From NCBI RefSeq assembly GCF_007197885.1, contig NZ_VKKG01000001.1, positions 494,334 to 518,333 on the forward strand: DNA of 24,000 bases, written 5' to 3'. This document shows, in pieces, positions 23,589 to 24,000 of this stretch. The notes under the pieces were generated by a model that saw only the letters and a program-made list of their open reading frames with translations, was not told the DNA's origin and searched no databases. The position numbers and the translations under genes are program-made. The first letter of the stretch is position 1. Each line of letters begins with the position of its first letter. Source of the DNA: Tessaracoccus rhinocerotis (lineage in GTDB: Bacteria > Actinomycetota > Actinomycetes > Propionibacteriales > Propionibacteriaceae).

Positions 23589-23604
23589 GCCCCCAAACCT
23601 ATCG

Positions 23605-23727
23605 TCAGCCGCGTGGGCAGGTGCATCGGTCCGCGGGCGCGACGTCGCCGAGCGCGTACTCGATGTGGTCGCCGCAGCCCTGCCAGGTGGGCTTGTTGCA
23701 GGTGGGGCAGGTGATCTTGGTGCACAT
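23605..23727 (-). CDS. Small cysteine-rich protein (40 aa, 7 Cys), not in the supplied ORF track
   Basis: Hand translation gives [40 protein letters not shown]. 38 of 40 sense codons end in G or C. GGAGGA lies 10 nt upstream. It fills the murI-rph gap on the same strand. Confidence 0.55.
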   Translation of the reverse strand: MCTKITCPTCNKPTWQGCGDHIEYALGDVAPADRCTCPRG

Positions 23728-23755
23728 GGGTGCGTGGTCCTCCGGGTTGGTTCAC

Positions 23756-24000
23756 TCAGTCGATCTTCACTCTAGCGACGTCGGTGACGAACTCCCCCAG
23801 CAGGCGCTCGCCGATGCCCTGGAAGTCCGTCGGGTCGCCGGTGGTGAGGAAGGTGCGGGTGGCCTCGCGTGGGCCCTCGTGGACGAGGCCGCGTCGGGTC
23901 AGCATGGCGAAGGCGGCCTGGGCCGCGGCCTCGGCACTGGAGACCAGGGTGACGCCGTGGCCCATCACGTAGTTGATCACGCCGCTGAGCAGCGGGTAGT
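23756..24000 (-). CDS. murI: Glutamate racemase, C-terminal part (gene continues beyond the window)
   Basis: The reverse translation at the window edge reads [13 protein letters not shown] (the HYPLL region), then [14 protein letters not shown]...[19 protein letters not shown]. The murI-rph neighbourhood is conserved in Actinomycetota. Confidence 0.75.
   Translation of the reverse strand, partial: YPLLSGVINYVMGHGVTLVSSAEAAAQAAFAMLTRRGLVHEGPREATRTFLTTGDPTDFQGIGERLLGEFVTDVARVKID

Noticed and set aside
1-24000. Search for CRISPR arrays, long tandem repeats, IS elements, integrases, toxin-antitoxin pairs or known multi-gene defence systems
   Set aside because: No regularly spaced repeats, terminal inverted repeats, or transposase, recombinase or reverse-transcriptase motifs were seen on either strand. 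The only repeats found are the short operator-like motifs reported above.

Overview
This is a high-GC (about 70% by hand-counted samples) actinobacterial chromosomal segment. The exact taxon cannot be determined from the window. It is tightly packed, with about 31 protein genes and 2 tRNAs, and most of the content is housekeeping. That includes coaBC, bcp, dinB and thpR, plus a long minus-strand nucleotide-metabolism gene string (murI, a small Cys-rich ORF, rph, rdgB, thyA, folA, LOG-family gene). The accessory content is a Tat-secreted PL8 polysaccharide lyase, an esterase, a GNAT, a TetR + ABC exporter, an ArsR + SRPBCC pair, an MFS transporter, and a roughly 0.9 kb low-GC islet at the 3' end of tRNA-Lys(CTT) carrying a solitary HNH endonuclease. 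I saw no CRISPR array, transposase, integrase or recognisable multi-gene defence system, so I cannot support a clear novel system here. The observations most worth follow-up are: (1) a GroES-fold paralogue ending in an HbYX-like GLYL tail, translationally coupled to a DUF3618-like membrane protein; (2) the HNH islet with a structured ~240 nt leader; (3) a tRNA-Leu whose 3' end lies 1 nt from an MFS start codon; (4) a perfect palindrome joining the divergent coaBC and NRDE start codons; (5) an unlisted 40-aa, 7-Cys ORF; (6) a recurrent TANNNT-N6/7-start (leaderless) architecture; and (7) six of seven convergent gene pairs overlapping at their 3' ends. Many long ORFs in the supplied track are antisense or alternate-frame shadows typical of high-GC DNA and were rejected.
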